DNA from: Fonticula alba ATCC 38817
Taxonomy: Eukaryota > Protista > Nucleariida
Reading direction: 5' to 3' (one strand)
Length of the DNA: 64,000 nt
NCBI GenBank assembly: GCA_000388065.2
Contig: KB932202.1
In this document: one piece after another, positions 12,401 through 23,472 of the stretch
Layout: every line of letters begins with the position of its first letter
Position numbering within the stretch: position 1 is the first letter of the stretch
The notes under the pieces: generated by a model
What the model was told of the DNA's origin: nothing
Seen by the model: the letters and a program-made list of their open reading frames with translations, nothing else
Database searches by the model: none
Position numbers and translations under genes: made by a program

Positions 12401-14353
12401 GGCCTGCTCAAGCAGGCTGGTGGCGAAGCCCGGCAGGGCTGCCAAACTCCCACGCAGCAGGGAAATCTGAGCATCGGCCCGGCGTTCCACATCGTCCGGC
12501 ACATTGGCCGCCGGGACCGGCGCCTCCGACCGAAGTCCAGAGGCCATGGATGCACGTGCTGGCCGAGTGCCAGCCCCACCCGGGGGGATGGAATCTCCCG
12601 GGCCAGCTCGGCCATCAAAGCGCAATGCCGGCTGGGTGACATGGATGAAGGCATCCTCCGTCGGCATCGGGCCAAAGGACCCGCCAGCCGAGTAGGCCGA
12701 GGCCCCGAAGGAAGCGCCAAGGGGCGGGACAATGGGCGCGGCTCCGGACAGCCGCGTCCAGCCGGGCCAGTCGCCGGTCATGTCCAGCAGGAGACCGGCA
12801 TCGGTCTGGCCGGTGGGCATCGGGACGTTGTTGGTGGTGGCGGTGGTGGCGGTGGTGGCCCCGGGGCCGGTGGTGCCCGGGCCCGGAGCCGGTCCGAAGG
12901 AGTCCACTTCGGCTATGGAAAAGAGGCCACTGCTCCCGGGCGGGATCGACATCAGCAGGGGGTTGGATTCCGAGCCGAGTCGACCGAAATCCGACGAGGG
13001 GGCACCTGGCGCCGTTGGGCCTGGTGGCAGGTGTGACAAGAGTGACTGCCCAAGTCCAAGCGAAGGGTGCACGGCTTCGGCCTTGGTGGCTGGAGTCGCC
13101 GTCGCGGCACCGAAAGGGCCGCCGGCTGGGGTGACAGCCGCTGCCCCGGGCCGCGAAAGGCCCGGGTCCACATCCAGCAGCGAGTGAATTCCGGTGCCCG
13201 AGGCGGTGGCCAGGGGGTCGGCCCCCATGGGCGAGCCCATGACCGAGGAGGTGGCGCTCGCGAAGTGCGACGAGAAGGCACTGGTGCTCGCGGTGGAGGG
13301 ATCTGCCGTTGAGGGCCCGCTGGTCGAGGGGACCGACCCGAAGCCCGGGTCGGTGGCGCGAATGGAGTTGCGGATTTCGTTCAGTCGCGCGGCGAAGTCC
13401 TGTGTCAGGGGCGGGGGGCAGGGAGCGGGGGTCAGATTCTTGGGAAGAGGGCAGCAGAAAGGCAGGAGCACTACATGAGGGACCACGCACAGAGGCTCCA
13501 GACGGGGGGGGATGTTCCGGGATATTCAGCCGGAAGTAGTCCCCATTGAGGAGGTGTGGCTGAGCCGGCCGCGTGGACTGGGCCGATGAGGCTGAACCCG
13601 GCCCGGCGCCCAGCGGGTGTGAGTGGGGCAGCGAGTCGGCGCCCATTGTCCCGGAGGCTTGTCCGGAGACGTTCAGATCATCAAAGATCGATGTAACCAC
13701 AGCAACATCGCTCGGGCTGCTGCCGTTTCGGGCCCCGGTGCTGGGATTGGCGCTTGTACTTCCGCCACCGCCACTCCGGGGTGCAGCTGTGGCCGGCCCG
13801 GCCAGCGGGTACCCCCGGGGCAAACCACCGAGCAGCGACGTCAGCGGGGTCCCCTGGTCGAAGAGCCGCGAGGACATGCGGCGGACTTGCAGCCGCGAGG
13901 GCTGTCAGGAGGAGGCGGAGGAGGCGGAGGAGGCGGAGGAAGCGGAGAAAGCGGAGGAGGGGGGGAATTGGCAGGAGACAAGAAGACCAGAGTGGCTGAG
14001 AGGGGGAGGGCAGAAACGGCGAGCCGAAGGGAAAGGAGATGGACGAATAGATGGGAGCAGAGGGGGCGATAGGGAGAGGGGCGGGGGGGGGGGGGGGGGG
14101 AGGAAAAGAGAGGCACGCGCGCGAGAGGGCTGGTGGCAATGTGGAGGAGAGGACCGCTGAGGAGGGCGGAGGAGGGGCTGCTGGATGCGGGCGGTGGCGC
14201 GCCCCAGTGCGGGGGCTCCTGGCTCTTCTCGCGGCCCGGCACCCGCCTGGATGCCTCCGAAGTAACGGGCGAAGGGCCGATCTGCCTGCGGGGACCACCC
14301 CACTCCTCGTCTGCCACCTTCCCCCCTGGTGTGTTGATTGCCAAAGCTTGCAT
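9406..14353 (-). CDS. Hypothetical long coiled-coil protein (~1450 aa), multi-exon; start uncertain
   Basis: Main exon 13399-9779 (ORF 9731..13486) encodes ~350 aa of E/Q/L/R heptad-rich sequence (LERRLAAEHRRAQ...LRQQNQQQSEELARLREVDREL). The upstream exon ends at a GTGCGT donor (13490). The last exon 9660-9406 reads ARSQADELERILEENARLKGKISKYKSAFGQLK...HHYHRR*. The start at 14353 (MQALAINT) is a guess. Confidence 0.7.
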
Positions 14354-15527
14354 GCACACCATGACAAGCGAAAATGTGGATCTCCCGACAGAGAAAACCG
14401 GTGTATGTGAAAACTGGTTCGGGTACGGGCCAGGAGGGGGGGGGGGGGGGACACAGGCATGGGTCCGTTGGCCGGCAGAGTCGGCACTCCCCCGCACGCC
14501 GGCCACAAACACGGCCCGCGAACCGATGGAACCGGGGGAGCAAGCGCGGGCGGAAAAACGGGTGCTGGCGAATTTGTATTCGGGAACGTGACGTGTCAGC
14601 TGAGTGTCGCGTGACTCGCGGAATGGCGCGTTGTGGGCCGTAAAACGCTCTGGCTGGTCCATATTGACCCACAACTGTGACCCCTCCCCCCGGGGGCCCA
14701 TGCCCTGGGTCCTGGGGGTTGATTAGTGCCGGCTGGAGCGCGCGCCGGACGAGACACGCATGCCCACATGCGTGCCAGTGCCGGGCTTCGTGACGCGTTA
14801 CCCACCGGTCCTGCGACCGTAGTGCCGGAGGCCGGTCACCCGCTGGCTGCCATCCGCCATGTCGGCGCTTCGGCACACCCGACCCAGGCCCAAGCCGTCG
14901 TTGGTCCGCCTCCCGGTGAGACGGCGCCCTGGGCACGCCGGGGGGGGGGGGGGGTGTTGGGCGGGTGTTGGGGGGGGGAAGGAGGGCAGAGGAGGCTGCC
15001 GCTGGAGGATGCCGCGTGGTCGACGTAGATTGCTGTATCCCGGCGGCGGGGGGCGATCGGTCGGGCCGAGGCGAGCCCCCGCCGAGCCGCGGCCGGCAAG
15101 TAGACACGACCGATGGCCGGTCGGTGTCGGCCGGCAGAGGTGGAAATCTTCCCCCCTGGTCCGAACGAAGCAGCGCCAGCGTGTGCGCCGCGGCCTGTGG
15201 CGCTCGTCGCGCGCCTTCCCGCCCCTCGGCACTGAGGCCCTGTGTCGATCGGGCTTTATCCAAAAGAAACCGCATCTCGGAACTCGAGCCCCCCGAGGCT
15301 CCGGCATCGGCTTCCCTCTTTCCCACTCGTCGCACGAACACGTATCCTGACCCGGGCCTTTTGCGCGCCTTTTCTCCTGCCTGTGCTAGCCCCACGCTGT
15401 CCATTTCACTGGGACCTGCCCCCGGTGCTTTCTCTCGCCACGCTAACTCCCTCTTGATCGCCCTTTCGGCTTCCCCCTCACTTGCCGGTCGGCCTCCAGG
15501 AAAGACCATTCACGGAGAAGCGCAAAG

Positions 15528-18500
15528 ATGTCGGCCCCCTCCCGTAACATGGGCTCCAAGCTCCCTCTCTTGATGACCACGGTGGCCGCGGCCGGCCTGG
15601 CCGGCGTCGGCCTGGCCGTGTGGAACACCCCGAAGAAGTACCCGGCAGTCTTCAACCGCAGCGGCTCCGCACACCACCATGCGCACCACCACGCCTACCA
15701 GCCGGCCACCATGGACACATACATGAATTACCACCCGGCGTCGATGGCCAACCAGCATGCCCTGCCGATGCAGCCGGGCCACTCGCCCGCCCTGGCCACC
15801 CAGCAGCAGCAACAGCGCCCGGCCATGATGACCCCCCAGGCCATGCCGGCCCAGGCTCGGCCCGCTCCCGCCGGGGCGTACGCCCAACAGGCCACCCCCG
15901 GCCCGAGTGCGACCCCCATGCCGGCCCAGACCCGGGGCTACCCGGCGCATGTGCGCGAGGGCATCGAGAGCGGCATGCGCTCTTCCGCGACGGCGGCGGC
16001 GGCGGCAACCGGCTCCGGAGTGCAGTATGTCCCTTCGTACTATTCCGAGTCGGCTGCCCCCATGCAGGCCGCCGGTCCGGGAGCCGCCATGCGTCGGATG
16101 GAGAACTCCAACCAGCTGCCAAACACCCTGGGCTCGCTGGACTGCGCCAGCCAGCCCATCCAGAATGTGGCCGAGCCTGTGTACGCACACCCTCGGTCAA
16201 AGTCGCCCCCCCCCCTCTCTCCCCCCTCCCCCTCGCTTGGGGCCCTCTCTCTTGATGGCCCTTTTTCCGGGGCCCCTTTTTCTTGCCCATCCCTGGGCTC
16301 ACCCTGCCGCCGGTGTTGCGCCCGGTCATGTTCGCTGCTGCCTCCGCCTTTCGGGCTCCCGCGCACCAGCGAGCCCCCCCCCCCCGCTCGCCCTCATGTC
16401 ACTGACCCCAGCCGACCCCCGACATGCTCCAGGGACAACTTCGCCCCCCAGGACTCCCTGGTCCATGTCCAAGCGGATGGCCGTCCGGGCTCGGTCCCGG
16501 CCACCTACGAAGCCTGGAGCAAGGGCCAGCCCGAGGAGCCCGGCTACCGTGGCTACCTGAACCGCGCGGCCGAGCGGGCCGCCGACGACGCCCAGGTGGG
16601 CTACCCGACCGAGGGCAGCCTGACAGCCGCCTTTCGCCGCGCCGGGGACGCCATCAAGTCCACCTTCTCCGAGACCATCGAGGCGCCAACCTACTTCCGG
16701 GACTTCTTCACGGGCGAGGACGCCGCCCAGCAGGTGGTCCCCACCGGGGCCCCGGTGTCCCGGTGGGCCGGCTTCAAGGACCGGCTGGCGCATTTGCGCG
16801 ATGACCGGCCCAGCAGCCGGCCCGGCATGCTGGAGGCCCTGAGCGCCGAGGCCAACCAGGCCGCCGACCGGGCCTACGCCGACTGGCACCACGCCAAGGG
16901 CCGGCTGCTTGAGGAGCTCGGCCGGCTGGAGACCAAGCTTTCCGGCATCTCCGACCGCTTGGTGACCCTCGGCTCGTCGACGTCCACCATGAATGAGAGC
17001 ACCCTGCCCACGTCCCGGCGCCTGGAGGCCGAGTTGCGCGAGGACATCAAGCGCATGAAGGCCAGCATCGATGAGGCCGCTCGCCAGGCCGGGCAGAACA
17101 TCGCCCGCATCGGGACCGGCGGCAGCCTTGAGGCTCGCCGGGCGGAGGCCCGCCTGCAGGAGGAGATCCGCCGCAGCTCGGCCGCCCTGCAGGGGGAGCT
17201 CGACAGCATGGGAAAGAGCTGGCTGTCGCATGTCCAGCGGGACTTGGACACCCTGCGCAAGGCGGCCGACCAGCGGTCCCTGGCCGAGGCGGCCCGCCGG
17301 GCGGAGGATCGTGCCCACTTGGGCACCGCACAGGCGGCCGAGGCCATGCAGGAGACGGCTCGCGCCGCGCGGGCCTCCGTCAGCACCGCCATGGACCGGG
17401 CCTCTTCCGGCATTGACCGGGCCGCGAGCAAGGCCGCCGACACGGCCGAGAGCCTGGTGCGCTCCGGCCGCCAGGCGGTGGAGGAGGTCCAGACGGCTGC
17501 CGCCGGCATGGTCGCCGGGGCCGCCGGCGGCGTGGCCACGGCCGCCAATGCCGTGGCGGAGGCCGCCTCCAAGACCGCCGCCGCGGTGGCCCCGGCCCCG
17601 GCCCCGGCCCCGAGCCTGTGGGAACGCATCATCGGCAGTGCCCCGGAGCCGCGCAGCGTCCGGGACCCGGAGCATGAGGCCCAGCATGCCCGGGCCGAGG
17701 CCGAGGCCGCGCTGCGTCGCCAGGCCACCGAGCACAAGCACCAGGCGCAGGCCATCTCGGCCGAGGCCAAGGCCGCTCAGATCAACGAGCACCATGCCCT
17801 GGAGGCCATGGAGGAGGCGCGGCGCCTGCAGCAGCAGTCCCACGAGCTGGCGGCCGGCCATCACCACGCCCCCGCCGGCGGCCCGGTTCACATGCCCCCC
17901 TCGGGCGGCATGGCCTCGACGGCGGTCTACCAGCCGCTGTCGGCCAGCCCCAGCCCGGGGATGATGCCAGTGGCCCCGGTGTCCCCCGGCCGGGCACACA
18001 CCGCCGAGGAGGCCCGCCAGGCGGTCGAGCGCCAGCGTGCCCTGGATCTGGCAGCCGACGAGAAGGAGCGCACTTTGCGCGAGAGCCTGGCCGAGGCCGG
18101 CCACCAGCAGACCCTCGCGCGCCAGGCACAGCGCTCGCAGAATGAGGCCTTCCGCCAGACGCTGGAGTATGACCTGTCGCCGAAGGAGGCCGATCGCCTG
18201 CGCGAATCGGTCAGCAAGGCCGAGCGCGAGGCCACTGTGGCCCGGGAAAAGTACATGGCCGCCCTGGATCGCGAGAAGCGCGAGCAGGCCCGCTGGTCGG
18301 AGGCCACCCGGCGCCGGGCCATCCAGGAACGCGAGGCCATCCAAGCGGCCGAGGCGGCGGCCCTGGCCAAGAACCGCGGCCAGGCGGCCGCCCTCGCCGC
18401 CGCGCAGACCGCCGCCACCTGGCAGAAGCTCGAGCAGGAGGCCCTGATCTCCGAGTCGAAGGCCCTGGAAGCGGCGCGTATCCTGTCGGAGGCCAAGGAC

Positions 18501-20276
18501 GCGGCCCTGCGTCGGGCCCGTGCCGAGCATGATTTGGCCCAGGTCCGTCAGCAGGCGGTTCGCGAGGCGGCCCAGCGCGAGGCCGAGGCCAAGCGCCTGG
18601 CCAGCGCCATTTCCGAGGTGAAGGGCGATGCCCTGCGCCGGCTGAGCAGCTCGGAGAAGGCCCTGGCCAGCGAGCTGTCCAAGCACCAGACCGAGTACGA
18701 GCGCACCCTCAAGCAGCTGGAGGCCCAGAAGCGCGCCAATGAGGAGGCCCTGCTCCGCGAGCGTGAGGCCCTCGAATCGGGCAAGCGTCAGGCCGCCGCT
18801 CGAGCCACCTCCCAGCAGGAGATCGCCCGGCTGGAGCGGGCCGCCGCGGACATCCGCCAGCGCGAGGACCTCACCCGCCAGCAGATGGCCCTCACGGCTC
18901 GGCAGCGCAAGGACCTCCTGGATGAGGCGGCCTCGCGCGAGGCTCGCGCCTTGAAGACCGCCGAGATGGAGCACGCCACCCGGGTGGAGCTGGTCCGCCA
19001 ATCGGAGGAGGTGGAGGCGCGCGTGCGCCAGAACGAACTGCGTGACGCCCAGGAGCGCGCTCGCCTGGAGGAGCAGGCCCGCATTGCTCGGGCCGAGGCG
19101 GAGGAGAAGAATCGCGCCCTGCGCCGGGCCACCGACGCCGCCCCGACCATGGTCGGCACCGGCTCCACCGTGGCCGCCGCCCCGATCGGGCCCACCACCG
19201 TGGCCGAGAAGCCCAAGCGCTGGAGCCTCTTCAAGTGGCGCAAGGAGGACCCCCCGGCCGCCGAGGTGATCGCTGCCCCGATGCCGGGGGTGGCCGTGCC
19301 GCCGCTGGCCAAGACCGCCGGCGCTTCATCGGTCGTCGCCCCGGCCACTGGCATTGCCACCGCCACCACCGCCGGCGCCGGCGCCGCCGCCGCCGCCAAG
19401 AAGACCACCACCGATGAGCAAATCGCCGCGGCCGTGAAAGCGGTCGAGACCCAGGCCCGGCGCTTTGACACTCGCCGTGTGTGCTCGCAGCTCCCGGGCG
19501 GCGTGACGCAATGCCTCCTGCTGGAGGAGACGCCCGGCCGGCCGGTTGGCACGGGCTCCCGGTGCCTGGGCGTGGAATACGTCATCAAGGAGGACACCTT
19601 CGCCCGGCTGCCGCTCGGCGAAAAGGTGCGGGCTCGTGGACACTCGCAAGTAAGGCAGGGGGGGGGGGGAGAGAGAGTTGCTTTAGTGTGCCGCGCCACA
19701 GGGGGGTTGGGAGAATTGGTGGATTGTCCACAGGCGGGCGACAATGCGGGCGGTCTGAAGAAGGGGCTGTGTGATGAAGACCCGTGCGCCGAGGGCGGCA
19801 ATTCGGCCAGGCAACAAAAGAGAGAGGGGCGCTTGCTGACATATCCTCCTGGCCACTCGCTCCTTGCCTCTTGGTGGGGTGACAACCTCACCTGCGGCGC
19901 GGGACGGACCAACACCCCCCCCCCCCCCCCCCCCCCCCGCACCCCGCCTGCTCCTCAGAACCTGTGGCAGCGCCGCGCTGATGGCACCTTCGCAAAGACC
20001 ATTGGAACGTGGCCGGTGCACTCGGACGCCTACACCAACGGAGATGCCTTGGCTCATAATGTCCCGCTCGGCATGCCCCAGATGCTGCAAATGACCGCCC
20101 ACAAGGCGGACTCGGCCACGGTCAAGACGATGCCCGCGCCCAGCCACGAGCCCCTGTACTCCGGCGGCAACACGCGCCTCGGCAAGCACTCAGACATTGC
20201 GGGTGATGCGTGGGCCGGCGGCGCCGCCCACAGCGGCGGAATGGGCACCCCGGAGGGCGGCGCCCGGACCATGTGA
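15528..20276 (+). CDS. ~1390-aa protein: N-terminal hydrophobic anchor, LEA/perilipin-like Ala-rich helices, long charged coiled coil, C-terminal degenerate OBAP/DUF1264 domain
   Basis: Exons 15528-16180, 16433-19625, 19959-20276; introns GTACGC..CAG (252 nt) and GTGCGG..CAG (333 nt). The spliced C-terminus RRVCSQLPGGVTQCLL..SRCLGVEYVIKEDTFARLPLGEKNLWQ..AKTIG..VPLGMPQMLQM matches the remembered DUF1264 pattern QCLIYD..ARLIGVEYI.SE.LF.TLP.EEKKLWH..KTYGK..LPLG.P.LMM. Confidence 0.8.
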   Translation: MSAPSRNMGSKLPLLMTTVAAAGLAGVGLAVWNTPKKYPAVFNRSGSAHHHAHHHAYQPATMDTYMNYHPASMANQHALPMQPGHSPALATQQQQQRPAMMTPQAMPAQARPAPAGAYAQQATPGPSATPMPAQTRGYPAHVREGIESGMRSSATAAAAATGSGVQYVPSYYSESAAPMQAAGPGAAMRRMENSNQLPNTLGSLDCASQPIQNVAEPVYAHPRSKSPPPLSPPSPSLGALSLDGPFSGAPFSCPSLGSPCRRCCARSCSLLPPPFGLPRTSEPPPPARPHVTDPSRPPTCSRDNFAPQDSLVHVQADGRPGSVPATYEAWSKGQPEEPGYRGYLNRAAERAADDAQVGYPTEGSLTAAFRRAGDAIKSTFSETIEAPTYFRDFFTGEDAAQQVVPTGAPVSRWAGFKDRLAHLRDDRPSSRPGMLEALSAEANQAADRAYADWHHAKGRLLEELGRLETKLSGISDRLVTLGSSTSTMNESTLPTSRRLEAELREDIKRMKASIDEAARQAGQNIARIGTGGSLEARRAEARLQEEIRRSSAALQGELDSMGKSWLSHVQRDLDTLRKAADQRSLAEAARRAEDRAHLGTAQAAEAMQETARAARASVSTAMDRASSGIDRAASKAADTAESLVRSGRQAVEEVQTAAAGMVAGAAGGVATAANAVAEAASKTAAAVAPAPAPAPSLWERIIGSAPEPRSVRDPEHEAQHARAEAEAALRRQATEHKHQAQAISAEAKAAQINEHHALEAMEEARRLQQQSHELAAGHHHAPAGGPVHMPPSGGMASTAVYQPLSASPSPGMMPVAPVSPGRAHTAEEARQAVERQRALDLAADEKERTLRESLAEAGHQQTLARQAQRSQNEAFRQTLEYDLSPKEADRLRESVSKAEREATVAREKYMAALDREKREQARWSEATRRRAIQEREAIQAAEAAALAKNRGQAAALAAAQTAATWQKLEQEALISESKALEAARILSEAKDAALRRARAEHDLAQVRQQAVREAAQREAEAKRLASAISEVKGDALRRLSSSEKALASELSKHQTEYERTLKQLEAQKRANEEALLREREALESGKRQAAARATSQQEIARLERAAADIRQREDLTRQQMALTARQRKDLLDEAASREARALKTAEMEHATRVELVRQSEEVEARVRQNELRDAQERARLEEQARIARAEAEEKNRALRRATDAAPTMVGTGSTVAAAPIGPTTVAEKPKRWSLFKWRKEDPPAAEVIAAPMPGVAVPPLAKTAGASSVVAPATGIATATTAGAGAAAAAKKTTTDEQIAAAVKAVETQARRFDTRRVCSQLPGGVTQCLLLEETPGRPVGTGSRCLGVEYVIKEDTFARLPLGEKVRARGHSQVRQGGGGERVALVCRATGGLGELVDCPQAGDNAGGLKKGLCDEDPCAEGGNSARQQKREGRLLTYPPGHSLLASWWGDNLTCGAGRTNTPPPPPPPRTPPAPQNLWQRRADGTFAKTIGTWPVHSDAYTNGDALAHNVPLGMPQMLQMTAHKADSATVKTMPAPSHEPLYSGGNTRLGKHSDIAGDAWAGGAAHSGGMGTPEGGARTM

Positions 20277-21649
20277 GAGAAGCCCGGCCGCTCGCGCGTC
20301 CAGCCACAGTCTCCCCCGGCCAAGCACCGACCGGCCTCCACGAACCCGGCCCGGCTCGCGCCCCACCCGGCCCGCGCCACCCCCGAGCCTAAGCATCCAT
20401 TGAAAGGGATGGGGGGTGGGTGGTGCGAGAGGGGAAAAAGTAGGCAGGCCAAAAGTCGGGCTGACTGGCGGCCGTGCCTCTTCACGGAAGAGGCGGCCCC
20501 CCTGAGCAAATATGAGGGCTTTTTTATGCATGTAAGAGAACAAGCGAGAGTCCGAGGGCAAGTGAGCAAAAAAAAACACGACAAGCACAAGATCGAGGAG
20601 TATATGGGCGTCTTTTGCCCGGCGGGGGGGGGGGGGGGAGGCTCTCGTGAAGTGAGCAGAGGACACAGGTCCCGTGGAGGACGCCACTCTCGAGTGGCTA
20701 GGCCCCTGGCTCTCCCCGCACACGCGACCCGCCTCTCCTTTTGCCCTCGGTGGATGGTGGCTGTTGGGCCAGAATTGGCGCCTATCACCCCGAGAAGAAT
20801 GCCAAGTTGATGCCGTGTGCCTCCTTCGGGGGGGGGGGGGGGGGCGTGCGCCCCCTCGGGGGTTGGAATACACCTACACCATGTCTCAACAGCCAAGACG
20901 CTCCTCGGGGGAGGGGGCTAGACGGGGACCGGCCCATGCTCTGGCAGACACAGGAAGGGGGGACATCGGGAAAGGCATGTGCGCTGGGAAGGGGAAGGAG
21001 CTGATAGATTTATATGATACAGGCACTGGGCTTCAAAGTGTGGCTGCGTGGTGGCGCACACACAGACCACCGAAGAGGACAGAGGGTATGGCTGGAGCAG
21101 AGGCCGAAGGGGCGACAAAGACGGGGAGGCAGAGAGAGAGAGAGAGAGAGAGAAAGGAGGGAAGAAGAGCAGTGTGGCCAACATGTGGGCAAGTTGCTTC
21201 TGTTTCCGGTGATCTTGTCACCCCTCTTCTCCGTGGCTCGTTATCTTTTCTTTTTTTCTTTTTTCATTAAACGGCACGTGTCACGCTTGGAGACGTTGCC
21301 GACGTCAGGTAACAACAAGGGCAAGAAGAAGGAGGGGGAGGGGCAGGGGGGGGGGGGGGGGGGCGGGGGGGGGGGGGGGGGGGGGGGGAGAGCGCGCGGG
21401 AGCGGATGCACACGCACAGCTTTATGCCAGACAACCCCTCAGTCGCCCGATCCGTCCTCANNNNNNNNNNNNNNNNNNNNNNNNNNNNNNNNNNNNNNNN
21501 NNNNNNNNNNNNNNNNNNNNNNNNNNNNNNNNNNNNNNNNNGGATGTTTCTCAAGGTCAAGGCCGGAAGGGGGAGAGGGAGAGACCAGGAGACAGAGCGC
21601 GGGATCGGCCTACGCTGGCCTCCATGGATGCCCTCTCGTATGACATCCC

Positions 21650-23436
21650 TCAATGATTCCGGCAGCTGTAGGGGAGGGGGGGGGGGGCGCGGGCAGGGAG
21701 AGCAAGGGGGAGGGGAGGGGAGAGGGGAGACAGGGCTCCCCTGCAGCCGGGCTCTCACATGAGGGGCAGATCGCGAGTCTCGCGCTGGCCGATGGGCGTG
21801 TCACGCCAGATGTTCAGAAGGCGGTCCAGCTGCTCGCCGGTCTCACGGTGCGCCGGGAGGAAAATGTCTCGCGGGATGTCCCGCGGCTTGCCGTTCTCAT
21901 CCAAGTCGGCCACCTCTTTGAAGGTTTGGAGGAGCTTTTGCCGCACATGGCCGGGGATGTTGATCTCGAAGGGGGAGTTGGTCATGATGAATTGGTCCCG
22001 CATGTCCAGCACCTCGTCGTAGCGTTGCATCGGGGTCATGCGCTTGTAATTATCGAGGAACCGCAGGGACCGAGTGTGGAACAGGTGGATCTCCGCACAC
22101 CAGGACTCGATGCAGAAGTGCTCAAAGTGCATGGCCGGCCCGGGGAAGTGCCGGAAGGTCTCGAAGTCAAAGAGCCCGGTCTTGGAGCGGCCACTCTCAA
22201 GATGGCCCTCGATGTCCGGGTTCAAGTGCATGCGGTTGCGACTGTGGTGGAAGAAGGGAAAATGATTGAGCGTAGGTGGCCGCCCCGCCCCCCGTGGCTG
22301 AGTCAGTGTCCGATGGCATGGTGAACATGAAAATGAGAGGGTGGGGAGGGAGGGTGGGGAGGGAGGAAGGAGGACAATCGGAAAGAGGGGTGCTTGCCCC
22401 GTCCCGCTGCCATTGCCCTCCCCCCCCCCCCCCCCCCCCGCCTCCCCCCTGCCCCGCTCGCAGCCGGTGTGCTGTCGGGATTCTACGCACGTCAGCCTCT
22501 TGTAGAAAGGTAGGTAGGATAGGACCACGGGGAAGATGACAATCAGGAGGTTGTTGAAGGCCGTCAGGAAGATGGCGATGATGTCGGCCCGGAACCAGCC
22601 AGCTGCACCGGACACCGCGGCCGTGCCCCACAGGACCGCCAACACGAAAGAGGTGGAGGTATTGATCAGGAGCTCCTGCTTGATGCGGTACACGTCGCGC
22701 GAAGACCACACCAGGAAGACACAGCCGGCGATCAGAGGCACGAAGATGATGATTTCCAGGATGACCACATACATGGCACCATAGATGCAGGTGTCCAGGG
22801 AAGTGTCGAAGTCGGAGAAGCTCACATCAATGGTGCTGAGGATTGGCAAGCGGGGGTGGGGTGGGGGGGGGTGGGGGTGGGGGGTCAGGACAAGGACAGG
22901 CGGATGGAAAGAGGGGGAGACAAAAAGCCCCGTGGAAAGGCAGGTGCCGGACAGAGGGGCAAAAGGCAGCACCACATCGCGGTAGCTGGGGGGCAAACGC
23001 ACAGGAAGAGGGCCGTCAGCATGAGACCCAATGACACGAGGTTGGCCACGGTGAAGAGGATGGCCTGGTTGCGGGAGGTCTGGAGCCACTTGATCACGGC
23101 AAAGCGATAGGTCTTGCGGAAGGTGATGGCCTCATTCAGCTCCTGTGCCAACTCCTGCTTGAGCTTGTAGATGTTGACCGTGCTGCCATCCTGCAGGGCG
23201 GCCACCTCGGCCAGGCTCAGCCGCGAGGAGGCCCAGCCAGGGCGGGCTGACTCGGGGAGGTGGAAGACGAGGAGGTCGCATCCATGCTGAGGGAACTGCT
23301 GGTGTCGGTCAAGGGCTCCGGCGTGGCGCAGGTGTCCATGCCCCCGGGCGAGGGGGGAACCTGGGCATGCGAATCGGCCGGGAGGGTGGCCTGCGCGGAG
23401 CCCATGGTCTTCATCGGATGGGCCTCCTGCCGGGAG

Positions 23437-23472
<36 letters not shown>

